Shown here piece after piece: positions 39,051 to 52,600 of a stretch of 64,000 bases of DNA. Made by a program: the position numbers and the translations under genes. Position 1 is the first letter of the stretch. Each line of letters starts with the position of its first letter. Origin of the DNA: the human T2T-CHM13v2.0 reference genome, Homo sapiens; assembly GCF_009914755.1 (NCBI RefSeq), contig NC_060936.1, one strand, 5' to 3'. The notes beneath the pieces are model-generated. The model had not been told where the DNA came from. It saw only the letters and a list, made by a program, of their open reading frames with translations, and made no database searches.

Positions 39051-39824
39051 CTCAATGGTGCTCCAGTATCACCTTCATGGAGCGTCCCAGTATCAAATCT
39101 TCCTATCAACTGAGACGAGTTGGCTCTCTTTCCATAGCTTAGGATGTGTCAGGTTAGAATCCCCTCTGCCCCTAATCAAATCTTTTCTGCTTATTTAGAG
39201 GTCATTTTGACTGGCGCGGCAGAATGAGGAGGGACAAGGTAGAGTATGAGGATCTCACTTTTTCTGTGATTTGGTGAACAACATGAACAACACTGGAGTT
39301 TAAATGTTCCTAAGAGAGTCCCCAGGCTGTCCCTCAACACCAAGCCTCAGCAGCACATGGGGATGAACAGGGCACAGCGTCAGTTAAAATTCAGTCTGTA
39401 GGATCCGCATTTCTCACCTGTGTCAGAGACACCTGGATCCCACCCTGCAGGCCCCTCTCCCCTACCAAAGGTCTGTTGGGGCAACTCCCAGAGGGAATCC
39501 AACATGTGCCCTTGATTTAGGCAAATGTAGCTGTGAACGTTCTAAAGAGGAATAGGAAAGAAGGGGCCTTGGTATCAGAATAGACTGAGCAGAAGAGAAA
39601 GACCCAGAAAAAGAAAGTAATAGTATATGATAAGGGGAGCATTAATCAATTAATTGCAGTGGGAGAATCTGGCTAAGCATTGGGGAAAACAGAAAATTAT
39701 TTAGTCCATAGCTCATATCAAAATTAACTTCCGTAAAAATATGACAATAAAATATGGGCAATTTTTTTTTTTTTTACAACAGAGAAGGAGAGAGACTTTC
39801 TATATAATCCAAAAAGTAAACCAC

Positions 39825-40040
39825 CATCATCATCATCAACATCTAATACTCTGTGCTTTACTTCTATCAAGTAATTTAATCCTCACAATCACTTTGTTTG
39901 GTAACATTAATTTTTCTCATTTTCTACATGGTAAAATTGAGGCACAGACAGGGTAATTTTCCAAAGGCCCCAACAAGTGGCAGTGCCAGGATTCAAAGCA
40001 AACAAGTATGACTTCAGGGTTCCTCCTTCTATATTACCAC
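39825..40040 (-). mobile_element. MIR SINE
   Basis: ATTTAATCCTCACAATC...AAAATTGAGGCACAGA...GCCAGGATTCAAA. Confidence 0.7.
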
Positions 40041-40059
40041 AAAAGAAAATATTGAGAGA

Positions 40060-41760
40060 TGTGAATACACGAATTAAAAGCTGTATGAAAAAAAATCATG
40101 TAGAGGAAAGGACAAATGACTGGCGGAGGAGGGGGAATCCCACCACATATGTAACAGATAAAGCATTAATATCCTTTACAGAACAATTTCTCAAATGTTA
40201 GTGCTCAGAACACCAATGTCCTGAACCATGCCAATGGGTGTTCTGGGAGGAAAAAGAAAAAAGTCCTCACGGTCAATGAAGTTTAGGAAATGATGTGTTA
40301 AATCTGACCATGGAAGTCTTTTTTCCCCTCAGTTCACCTATTAACATCTCACGGGACAATAAAACTTCTGAAATACAGCCCAGAAGATCTCATCTTTGTA
40401 TGTAATGAGTTCCTACAAATCAGGAAGGAAAATATGAAAAATCCCAATAGAAAAATGGACGCGAGAAAAAACAGACAGTTCAAAAAAGAAAAAATATAAA
40501 TAGCTGTAAGCATACAGAAACATATTCAACCTTGTTATTAACGAAGGAAAATGAAATACAGAGGTACCAATTTTTATCTTTCAATTGGGAAAAAAGGCTT
40601 ACACCCAGCATTTGTAAGAGTAGGAGGAAAAAACCACACTCTTACAAAATCAGTGAGATTGACTAAACAAGTACACCTTTTCTATGGGAGGGCAATTTGG
40701 CACTATGTATCAAAGGTCTTAAAAAAATATATAACTTGATCTAGCAAAGTTTGTTCAGAGAAACTTATAAAGAAATACAGTAGGTCCTAGAATAATGTTT
40801 TTCCTGTCATTCAACATTATTTTCTTGCAACATTGACAAGAAAAAATATTGATTCCCTGCCGGGGCCACTGTCTGTGTGGAGTGTGCACGTTCTCCCCAT
40901 GTCTGCATGGCTTCTGTCCATGCACTCCCGTTGCCTCACACATTCTGAAGCTGTGCATGCTAGGTGAACTGGCTTGTCTCAATGGCCCCAGTCTGAGTGG
41001 GTGTGGGCGGGTGTGTGAGTGCACCCTGCGATAGGATGACGTCCTGTCCAGAGTTAGTTCCCACCTTGCACCCTGAGCTCCCAGGACAGGCTCTGGTCAC
41101 CCAAGACCCTGAACTGGAATAACTGGGTAAAAAATGACCTGACTTATTTTTATTAATCTTTTAAAAATGTATGTATAGCTCACATTTATTTTAATGTTTA
41201 ATATTACAAGTGTTTGGGGTCTTTATTTAGAAGCTTGATATTTTAGTGACCAGAAATATGCTGTGGGAACTTAACTCTTGTTTATATCAGTTAGCCTTTG
41301 GTAAAATTGGTTTCCTTATATGTTGTTTTGCTTAAAGTTGTTCCAGTTAAAGTCACAATTTCCAAGAACCTATAGGGGACATGAAGTGAGGACCTGCTGT
41401 AATTGGACAAGTGGGCAAGGATGTATGTACAGGGGAGTTCATTGCAGCATGATTTGTATTAGCAAAAATGTCTATTAATATGAGTCAACGAACATTTATA
41501 CATTGAAGTACTGTGTACCTCTTAAAAACAGTGATATTGATCTGTTGTAGTCCCATGGAAATATATCCAATGTATATGTAAAAATAATCAGATTACCAAA
41601 TAATTTATAACTACCTTTGTAAGAAAAATAAAAGAAAATAAGATGGAAAGCATATATATTTAAATGTTAATGGTGATTAGTTTTCTCCAGTGGTTGAATT
41701 TCAGTTGATTTTTACGTTTTCTTTATACCTTTCTGCATTGTCTAATGTTTTTTACATTGA
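40060..41760 (+). mobile_element. Highly decayed L1ME-like 3' fragments, interrupted by MER82
   Basis: AATCCCAATAGAAAAATGG, GGCAATTTGGCACTATGTATCAAA, GTTCATTGCAGCATGATTTG; boundaries approximate. Confidence 0.55.
40778..41399 (-). mobile_element. MER82 (TcMar-Tigger) DNA transposon
   Basis: Termini CAGTAGGTCCT / AGGACCTGCTG with TA on both sides; internal GGGGCCACTGTCTGTGTGGAGTGTGCACGTTCTCCCCATGTCTGC. Confidence 0.85.
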
Positions 41761-42804
41761 TCACTTGTTACTTTGAAACTAAAAATGGCTATTACTGTTT
41801 TGAAACATGACATTTTTACTACTCTGAAAAGGTGAAACACATTAGAGAACTAAGAGGATTTAATTCTTTAATGAATGTGTAGTTTTTTGTTATGCTACGG
41901 AACTTAGCCTCAGCCTAATAAGCTAAACCCAAAGTGAGGGTGAGTAAGATTCAAGAGGAAGAAGACAAAGAAGCTTAAAAAAATCTGAAGTCTGTAGAAA
42001 TAATAGATCTTTCTAAAAGGGATATAGAGAAAAGAGGGAATTAACCTTCACATGGTTCAACTGCTGCATTGAATCATTGGCTTGTCAGAGGAAAAACCTG
42101 GACAGTTAACGGTTCTTCTTGTGTCAGGCAGGGAAACAAGCAGATGTCAAATAGTGTTTGGCAAACGGACCTGCAGAGCCACCCTCCAGCAGTTTCTGAA
42201 GGGAATCTCAACTCCTTGTTCCTGAATTTGTGGAACAGGATCTGGGCCAACTCCTTCCCCCACCTCCCGCCTTTTTTTTTTTTTAACTAACCCAAAATGA
42301 ACTCCTTATGCAAAGTCTGGATGGTTTCCAACCCACCCAGTGCTCAAGGTTGTCAGCCAGCTGTTGGCAGCTCACACTGACTCATTTTCTTTTCTCTTAA
42401 ATGGTGCAGAAATATGTTGCTTTACATACAGAGGAGAAAAAAAAAAAGCATTGAAGGACCTAATTTGAAAATACCTCACATCTCCTAAAATCAGCCTTAA
42501 GACCTAGTCAGTTTATTTCCCCATTCATTCTGTGGTACTAAATGTGTTGAAGTGGGAGGGTCCCACAGAGAACTACCCTTTTGATGATATGTCAAGGGAA
42601 TTCCTCAGCAAATTCTCCTGGAAAGGAGATAACTTGAATATTAACGAAGAATCTATCTCCCTTGCCATTCTCTTGCCACTGCCAACTGAAAATGTAGCAT
42701 TTTATATTTATTTAAAACAGAATCTATCATAAAATAGATCTATTTTAAGAAATTGAATATTTAAGGAATGTATCATCCTTACTCTCTATCATCCAGTCTT
42801 GTTG

Positions 42805-42950
42805 GGAGGTAATGTAGCCTAGTGGTTAATATCAGAAGCACTGGAGTCTGTTTCCTCATCCATAAAATACTATCTACCCCCACTGGGCTGTTGTGAAGCT
42901 TAAATGAAATGTTTTAGAAGTATGCAGTGCTGGCCTGGCACAGGCCAGTT
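42805..42950 (+). mobile_element. MIR SINE (internally deleted)
   Basis: GTAGCCTAGTGGTTAA...TCTGTTTCCTCATCCATAAAA...GGGCTGTTGTGAAG. Confidence 0.65.
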
Positions 42951-45900
42951 AATGGAGGCCAGCAATAAACACGACTTTTACCCCTGGATCACAATCAACA
43001 TAGCAAGCATCTTCACAGAATCCTTAGATATTTAGAAAGGCAGGCGTCACAAACTTTTTTTTTTGTTTCAAAATGTCCTTCTCAGAAACACCACTGTTTG
43101 CTGGGTTAGGAGGTAAGTTCTCCCACCCCTAATCTACCAGCCCCACTCACCAAGTGTTGCTGGATCTCTTCCCTCACTAACACCACCCTCTGGGGTCAAG
43201 GATTCAGCCTTCTTTTTCCAGGGGTGGGAGGTAGGTTTTGTAAGGGTCTTGGATTATTGACACAAAGGCCATCCACAAGGGGCAATCAGATGGGCTCAGC
43301 ACATTCTGGAGTCACGGAGGATCATCTGCGGCAATGTGAGAATGGGTCATGGGAGGCCCCTGCCCAGCCCTAAGGAAAAAAACAAGTGAGGGGGCAGAGT
43401 CTTGTGCTCGTGACAGGAGCCAGCCAGATTCACAGCAGCCCTCCTGGTAGTGGCCGCCCACAAATCTTTGAGCAGAAACTCTCTGAACTGCCTTTCCTCC
43501 TGAGCCTGGGTGGAAACAAAACTTCAGAACAATAACTTCTCCTTTCCCTCGGCCTTCCAGTCATAACTCTAATTCTTCTTCAGGCCAAGTGGATCCTTCT
43601 GCCCACTAGGGGAAAGGACAGGAAGTGCTGAAAAAGAAAACACGATGATGAGTATTTCAAGATCTTCTCTTCCACCCTCGCAATGATGGCCTTTTCTTAG
43701 TTCTGTGTAGCTGTTGGGAAGGCAAGGAAAAAGGGAGAACTGGGAGTGTGGTGCCTCCTTGGGAATTTCTCTGGATGGAGAATACGAAATTGAAAAGCCA
43801 AGAGTTCCTGCTTCGGGAGTGGGGAGTAGGGACTCTTTCTCCATGCGTTCCATATCTTCAGAATAATTTCATGCTCAGCATTTTTGCCTTTTCTCTGAAG
43901 TCCTCCCCAAGTCCTGGAAGAACCAAGAAATCACCATGGCTCCGACAGAATTTGTTTTAAGCAAGACTCAACTTGTCAGCTGATGCCACAGCGACCTCCT
44001 GCTAGACTATGAGTTTCACAGGCTCAGCACTGGTTAGGAACTGCTAGACTTTCAGACAGGGCTGGCTCCAGTTTTTCCCTCTGATTCATGGATTAAAGTG
44101 GAATTTTCCAGTGAGGCTTGATCTAGGAGGAATTCTTCTCTTTGGGTCCACAAGTTCTCTTTATTCTGCAAAGGAATCCTACCCTGTGGCCATAGTTGGG
44201 CAGTCTCTGTCTATTCCATCAACCGCCAGACCTCAGATGAGAAGAGAAATAGGCATCCCTGGCAGAGAGATCTCCAAATACAGAGTGTTTTTCACTCATT
44301 CACGCAAGAGTCACAGGCTCATTGATAACAGTGTATAGGGGTTTGGGTTCTCCATTTTTATTAAATAATGTATTATTACTATGAAAGTTTTCACATCTAA
44401 GAAATCAAACGGTTTTACAATTGTAAAAGGGTTGTGCAACTTTTACATCCTTTCTAGCATTAACAGCATTATTTTTAAAAAATAAAATTAATAATAAAAA
44501 TATTTTTTATTTTCTAATAGACAGTTTTTTTCTATTTGAAAAAGCTGTAACAGACAAAATTTCAGCTGTTAAAATATTTATTTCTTGATTTGCTAAGTAA
44601 CTGTGAGAGTATTATTTGTTAAAAGTTGGACTTACTTGCATTTTGAGTACATGGTAATATTGCCATTGGAATGTAAATCTAAGAAAGTTTAATCCCTAAA
44701 ATGCTGTTACTAGATGAAATGCTAAGTCAGACCCCAGTAATGATGACTAGTGTGAACATGAGATAATTAATGACTCTTTATTATGTAGGGTCAGAGTAGT
44801 AGACCTTGAAATAGAACATTGGCATGGCAGCAAGGACACAGCACATGAGATTTACGAGGACCAAGACTTTCCAGACTATGGGGGGTGAGTGAGCACCAGC
44901 CCAGGATGGCAGGCATCACATTCATTTCCCAACCACTTCTTAAGGGTTATTTCTGTAGACAGGCAATTGCTGTGGTTGGAGTAGGAATGGAGAGAGTAGA
45001 GGAAGGATGCCTTGGTGTCTTTTCAAGTGAATACTTAAAAAAAAAAAAGGTTCTTGAAAGAAAGGTCATTCTTTATTTTGCTTGGCTTGTTCTTTCTATT
45101 TGGAAAACTTCCCAACAGAATCTACTACCCAGTTTCTTCAAGTCATGCAGAGTCAAAGGACAGAAGAGATAAAAATGTAGATCTTATTTTGCAGGGGTTT
45201 ATTGACCTCCTGTGTTTGCCATCTTACCAATGAGCCTTGTTGGGTGAGATGGCAGTAAGAGGGCAGCCCGTATTTAGAAAGTGCACAGTCACACACCTCA
45301 CAAGCTGTGACATCAGTAGATCTTGGAAGCAATAACAACTATGCTCATAGGTCTGATGGTATCGACGGGTTCCTATTGTTCCAACAATATCTGAGACTTA
45401 GATGCCAGGGAGTCTGCAGTTAGAATCCCCTTCCCTTTTCTGCATATGTATGTGAATGTTTCTTGCCTTATACTGGAGTACGCTAAAGAAGAACAGAAAC
45501 TCAATGCCCAGCCTTTCTTTAATCTTACCCTCATTTCAGATATAAGAAAGAACGTTTATATTCCAACCTGGAGTTTTACCTGTAGTTTAGTTTCATTGCA
45601 AAACTCTATTCATGCTTTCCTCATACTAGCCTTGAGCTCTTTACTATAATGGGCCTATGGAAATTATTTTATATCACCCCCAATAAATATTTTCCTGTCT
45701 TTATTACTAAATTAGGGGCTTGTCCCGTTGTCTGGCCTTGAGGATTTTTCTACTAATATTTGTTGAAATTAAAAGAAAGCCAAGTCTTTTGAAGATTTAA
45801 TACCATATTATGGCAACTCTTTCAAAGCTTTTGATGGAATATTGAAGACATATAATTATCATTATCAAAAATAACACCTCTAAATTGTACAATGTGAATT

Positions 45901-46155
45901 ATATTTTGCCTGTAGGGAGCTTACAATCTATGCATTCAGCTGTAATACAAACACAGCTTAAGCCAAATAAATCAATAACCTGGTGCCTAACACTCAGAAG
46001 GATTAAATGCTGTCACTGAGACCTTGGATTTAGAAATAAAGGACGGAATTCTACCTATGCACACAGTCCATGCATATGAATGTCAACCGCAGAGTTTCCT
46101 AGACGATTATCAAGTGGAAGCAGTAAAAGTGTACTCCCTAAAAAGAAATATCATG

Positions 46156-46478
46156 GGCTGGGCGCGGTGGCTCATTCCTGTAATTCCAGCACTTTGAGAG
46201 GCCAAGACAGGCAGATCACTTGAGGTCAGGAGTTCGAGACAAGCCTGGTCAACATGGCAAAACCCTATCTCTACAAAAAATACAAAAATTAGCCAGGCAT
46301 GCTGGTGTGTACCTGTAATCCCAGCTACTCGGGATGCTGAGGCTTGAGAATCACTTGAGCTCAGGAGGTGGGGGTTGCAGTGAGCAGAGATCACACCACT
46401 GTACTCCAACGTGGATGACAGAGTGAGACCCTGTCTCAAAATAAAAAGAAAAAAAGAAAAGAAAGAAAAAAGAAAAAT
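46156..46478 (+). mobile_element. Alu SINE (AluSz/Jb-like)
   Basis: GGCTGGGCGCGGTGGCTCA...GAGACCCTGTCTC followed by an A/AAAG tail. Confidence 0.95.
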
Positions 46479-49159
46479 AATGTTCATTCCCAATTTAGAG
46501 AAGTGGCATACTCCCTTTTTATTAAAATTCAAGTTTCAGGATATGAATTCTTTTTTGATAGTTGTGTCTTTTGCAGATAACGCTCTTCCCTTAAAGAACC
46601 AGGTTACAATAAGCGAGTATTTTTATTTTATCCTTTCTCATAGGAACAACGTGTTCAATCAACTACTTGCATAATTTAAGGCAAATTATTCTTCCAACAA
46701 GCCTACAACTACCTCCTCTGAGAGGGCAAGTGCTATACAGACCCATCTCTTGGAGATCTGATGAGCATTATATATTTATTTGCTTGTGACTTGAATAAGA
46801 TGCATGACCTAAGCATGAATAAGCATACTGCAAACATATTTAAATAGATCAGTTTTTAGAACAGCATTTTCTAAGATTATCAAATTTATATTTGCTCCTC
46901 CCTAGTGCCTGGGATTATTGACTGGCTCTAAGGTCACCAGTAGGTACTTATTCTAGGGCTTCTGTTCAGTTTGACAAAACAATCTTGCATTCTTCTTTTT
47001 CCTACAAACATTCCATCACTTGTCCTAGAAATTATGTAAAAGAGAAACTCTAACTCAGAAACTGAAAAAGCAATTTAAAAAATTTTTAGAAAGGAGAAAA
47101 GAAATTTCTGAATGTAAGTGCTGGGGTCTAAAAGTCAGAGTGGATTTTCTCAGGCCTATTTATAATGGTTTAACCCAATCATGGGAATTTAAGACTGTGT
47201 ACTTCTCGAAAGTGGCTAAAAAATGAAAGAAACACAAAATATTATTTTTCCCCCATGGCAGGCAATAAGGCAAGTTATTTAACATAAGAAACATACTTAT
47301 TTTTTTCTCTGTATGAGATTAGCTAACCATCTCTCAACTCCGACAATGGCTTGTCAGTCTCTCTCTTATGTAAGAGTCCAGGAGCTGCCTTCTAGGATAC
47401 CCACCAAATGGCTAGAGATGTATTGGTTGTATTCTTAAGTTTTACTTGATAATCTATTTTATGTTCATAAAGTTCTCTGAGTTATTTGCCTTTGCTTGTG
47501 GTAGCAGTGATGGCTCATCTCAAGGTTGCTGTCTTTTTTTTTTTTAAATAATAGAATGCCCAGAAAGAGGCTGAAAGAGAGTACCTAAGTAGCTATACCT
47601 ATATAAAGGGACAGCTCCATCTGCTTTCTACCTGCTGTTACAAAGGCTTTCTGCCCCCTCCTATGTGTACAGGTCAGGATATGGTTGGTGCCAGAGACCA
47701 GAGGCACAGTAGATGAAGGCAGGCACAATTTTGGCACAAGGGGAGGCATTTTCACCACCTATCAAATTCTTTTCCTGTCTCGTTTTTGTCTCCCTCCACT
47801 TGTAAGAGCCCTAAAGGGAAGCTGAAGCTGTAGTCCATTATCCACCCAAAGGAAAGCAAGAGTCTAAAAAGAACTTGAAGGTCCAAAGGGGATTTTTCTG
47901 CAGAGGTAGCAGTAATTTTAATTAAGAGGGGAAAGCTTTGAAATGGGTCAGTTTATTAAGGACATCTATTGGCCATTTGCCTAGAAGTTCATTTTCCCTG
48001 CCCCACGTTATGGGGTGGCCCCTCCTCAGAGGCAGAGCTGGAACAGTGAGACACAGAGAGGAATCAGTGGCCTGAATGGCTGCTGTGATTATCAGAGCCA
48101 GGTGGCCAATGTTCCAAAGTTAGAGAGGTCATTGACTTGGCAGTTGTCTTCGCAAGTTTGTGATCTTAAAGGACTCCAAGACCTTGGACTTATTTTAAGG
48201 GAGCAGGTGCCAAACTGCTACCTTGAGAAATGGATGCATACACAGCAAGCACAGGAATGGGCACAGGTTGGCATAGCTTAGTGGGTTGAGATTACACAGA
48301 ATAAACTGAGCCAAGTGATGGTAAATGAAAGATAACAAATGCAAAGTATGTGAAAATTTTAAACAAGTTATTGGTTGTTCTAGTTAGCCAGAGATGTTTC
48401 TCCAACCCAGCAGTATAATTCAGGCAAGATTATGCAAATACAAAGACCCCAGATATTAAAAAAATTATAGCAACATCAGCCAAACCAGATAGTACAGAAA
48501 CAAATTAATGCAGGCTTAATGTGAGAAAATACTATAGGCAATACCTTTCTGGATGCAGGGCAGGTGTGTGGTTCAAGGAGCAACTGATAACCAAAGAACA
48601 ACATACTACAAATGGCATCAATTCTTAAGTGACAGTAACACCGATGTTACACTTTTGTGATTTTGTGTGTGTTTTATGTATGTCTAATACATCTGTAGCT
48701 TAAAGATGACAGATACATGATCTGTGTCCCACTGCTGCTGCTTTCAGGGCCCTCTATAGGCATTTCTTATAGATTACACCACTTCCAAACTTGGAAATGG
48801 TCTCAGAACCATTCTCAACACAGGATTCAGAGTGATCAGTGTTGGCCTGGGAGGTGAAATCTATTTGTAGTCTCCCCAGTGCTTTTTTTTTTTTTTTTTT
48901 GTCTTCTCAACTTGTTTGTTTGCAATGTGTCAAGTAAGAAAGCTCTATTCAGCGTTGTTAAAATAGAAACCCTTGAACTGGGCATTGGGTCACTAGGTAC
49001 TGGGACAAAGCTTGATAGCATCTCACCCTTTGATAAAATTATAGCTGATGACCAACTGTCCCACAAGTTCTGTCCCTATGTTGCTATGTTACCTGGGCTT
49101 ACAAAAATGGCACATAAATAGGACAATCCTGCAGTCTTATCAAGAGAGAGTATTACCTT

Positions 49160-49217
<58 letters not shown>

Positions 49218-49222
49218 GGAGA
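49160..49222. repeat. Compound (GT)7(GA)n microsatellite
   Basis: gtgtgtgtgtgtgtgagagagagaga... Confidence 0.9.
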
Positions 49223-49679
49223 CCCTTACTATAGAGGATGATGAGACATGCAGAATTTTTGTTAACCCAATTGCAACTCTAATTCCTGCTCTCCTTTCCT
49301 TCTGCTATTAACGTTAAAACCAGAGCCCTTTTCTTTGAGGAATAGAATTGAATGCAGCGTGAGCCCAGATATGGCTCACTCTGGTTCCAAGATCCATGAG
49401 CTTATTTTGGGTACTCAGTGACAGCAGAAATGTACATAACTCCTTTCATCTAGGTACTTGTGTAGTTGTATAGCTGGGAAATGCCTGCCTCAAGTTATTC
49501 CTGTGGAGAGCGTGCCAAGAGAAGATATTCTTGCTTAAGCTTGTGGTTAAAATCTGTAATATGGCTATATTTCACAAGTTCTTACAATGGGGATTTTGCT
49601 TTTACCTTATCTCCCTTAACATATTCCATTTTTTTTCTGACCTCTCTCTTCTCTCCACCCCTTTTAAAAAAGTTAAAAT

Positions 49680-52600
49680 TTTTTATTTTTACTTTTTGTG
49701 GGTACATGGTAGGTGTATATATTTAAATGTTTTGATACAGGCAATGAAATGTGAAATAAGCACATCATGGAGAATAGGGTATCCATCCCCTCAAGCATTT
49801 ATCCTTTGAGTTACAAACAATCCAATTACACTCTTTATTTTAAAATATGTAATTATTGACTATAGTCACCCTGTTATGCTATCAAATAGGAGGCATATTC
49901 ATTCTTTCCATTTTTTTGGTACCCATTAATCATCCCCACCTCCCCCACAACCCCCTACTACCCTTCCCAGCCTCTGGTAACCATCCTTCTACCCTCCATC
50001 TTCATGAGTTCAATTGTTTTGATTTTTATCCCACAAATAAGTGAGAACATGCAATGTTTGTCTTTCTGTGCCTGCCCCATTTCACTTAACATAATGATCT
50101 CCAGTTCCATCATGTTGTTGCAAATAACTGGATCTTTTTTGGCTGAATAGTACTCCATTGTGTATAAGTACCACATTTCTTTATCCACTCATCTGTTGAT
50201 GGCCACTTAGGTTGCTTACAAATCTTAGCTATTGTAAACAGTGTTGCAACAAACATAGGAGTGTGATATCTCTTGGATATACTGATTTCCTTTCCTTTGG
50301 TATATACCCAGCAGTGGGATTGCTGAATCACATAGTAGTTCAATTTTTAGTTTTTAAAGGAATCTCCAAATCATTCTCCATAATGATTGTACTAATTTAC
50401 ACTCTCACCAACAGTGTACAAGAGTTCCCTTTTCTCCACATCCTCACCAGCATTTATTACTTCTTTTGTCTAAAAGCCATTTTAACCCAGGTGAGATGAT
50501 ATCTCACTGTAATTTTGATTTGCATTTCTCTGATGTTCAGTCATGCTGAGTGCCTTTCCATATACCTGTTTGCCATTTGTATGTCTTCTTTTGAGAAATG
50601 TCTATTCACAGATTTTGCCCATTTTTGAATCGAATTATTAGCTTTTTTCCTATAGAGTTGTTTGACCTCTTTATATATTCTAGTTATTATTTCCTTGTCA
50701 GATGGGCAGTTTGAAAATATTTTCTCCCATTCTGTGGGTTGTCTCTTCACTTGGTTGACTGTATCCGTTGCTGTGCAGAAGCTTTTTAACCTGATGTGAT
50801 CTCATCTGTCCATTTTTGCTTTGGTTGCCGGTGCTTGTGGGATATTGCTCAAGACATTTTTGCCCAGACCAAAGTCCTGGAGATTTTCCCCAACGTTTTC
50901 CTGTAGTATTTTCATAGTTTGAGGTCTAGATTCAAGTCTTTAATCCGTTTTGATTTGATTTTTGTATACGGTAAGAGATAGGGGTCTAGCTTCATTCTTC
51001 TGCTATGGATATCCAGTTTTCCCAGCACCATTTATTGAAGAGACTGTCTTTTCCCCAGTGTATGTTCTTGGCATGTTTGTCATTATAGAGATCTTTCACA
51101 TCTTTGATTAATTCCTAGGTGTTTAATTTGATATGTGGCTATTGTAAATGGGATTACTTAAAAAAATATTTTTCACCTTGATCACTGTTGGTATATAAAA
51201 ATGCTACTGATTTTTGTATGTTGATTTTTTTGTCCTCCAACTTTGCTGAATATGTTTATCAGTTCTAATCATTTTCTTGCAGAGACTTTAGGTTTTTCCA
51301 AATAGAAGATCATATCATCTGCAAACCAGGATAAACTGATTTCTTTCTTCTCAATTTCGATGCCTTTTATATTTTCCTATTGTGTGATTGCTCTAGCTAG
51401 GCATGTTGTGCTTCCATTATCATTTGTTTCAAGAAATTTTTTAATTTTCTTCATAATTTCTTCATTGATCCACTGGTCATTCAGGAGCATATTGTTTAAT
51501 TTTTATGTATTTGTAGAATTTCCAAAATTCCTCTTGTTATTAATTTCCAATTTTATTCCATCGTGGTCAGAGAAGATGCTTTATATTATTTCCATTTTTT
51601 TAAATGTTTTAAGACTTGTTTTGTGATGTAACATATGGTCTACCCTTTAGAATGATCCATGTGCTGAGGAAAAGCATGTGTATTCTGCAGCTCTTGGATG
51701 ACATGTTCCGTAAATATCTATGAGGTCCATTTGGTCTGTAGTGCACATTAAGTAACATGGTTCTTTGTTGATTTTTTGTCTGGAAGCTGTGTCCAATGCT
51801 GGAAGTGAGGTATTAAAGTCTCCAGCTATTATTGTATTCTGGCCTATCTCTCTTTAGCTCTAATACTATTTTCTTTATATATCAGGGTGCTTCATTGTTG
51901 GGTGCATATATATTTAAAATTGTTTTATCCTCTTGCTGAATTGACCCCTTTATCATTATATAGTGACCTTCTTTGTGTCTTTTTATAGTTTTTGTCTTGA
52001 AATCTATTTTTTCTGATATGTGTATAGCAACTCCTGCTCTTTTTTGGTTTCCACTGGTGTGGAATATCATTTTCCATCCATTTATTTTCAGTCTGTGTGT
52101 ATCATTATGGGTGAAGTGTGTTTCTTGTAGGCAACAGATCAGTGGGTCTTGATTTTTTCAGTCTGTCTTCTGATTGGAGAGTTTAGTCCATTTACACTCA
52201 ATGTTACTATGATAAGTAAGGACTTACTCCTGCCATTTTGTTATTTGTTTTCTTGTTTTGTGGTCTTATCTTCCTTTTTTCTTTCCTTCCTGTCTTCCTT
52301 TAGTGAAAGTGCTTTTTCTGGTGATATGATTTAATTTCTTGCTTTTTAATTTTTGTGTGTCCATGGTGTGTTTTCTGACTTGGGGTTACCATGAGGCTTG
52401 CAAATACTATCTTATAACTCGTTATTTTAACCTGATAAGAATTTAACACTATTTGCATAAACAAGTGAAAAGAAAACTAATAAAAATTCTATGCCTTAAC
52501 TCCATCCCCCCACTTTTTGTTGTTTCTATTTGTATCTAATTGTACTGACTCTGTCTTGACAAGTTTTGTAGTTATTATTTTTGATTGGCTCATCATTTAG

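Noticed and set aside
42730-42747. Perfect 18-bp palindrome TAAAATAGATCTATTTTA
   Set aside because: AT-rich; roughly one palindrome of this length is expected by chance in a window this size.
47600-47608. TATA-box-like TATATAAAG
   Set aside because: Isolated motif with no CpG island or supported downstream exon.
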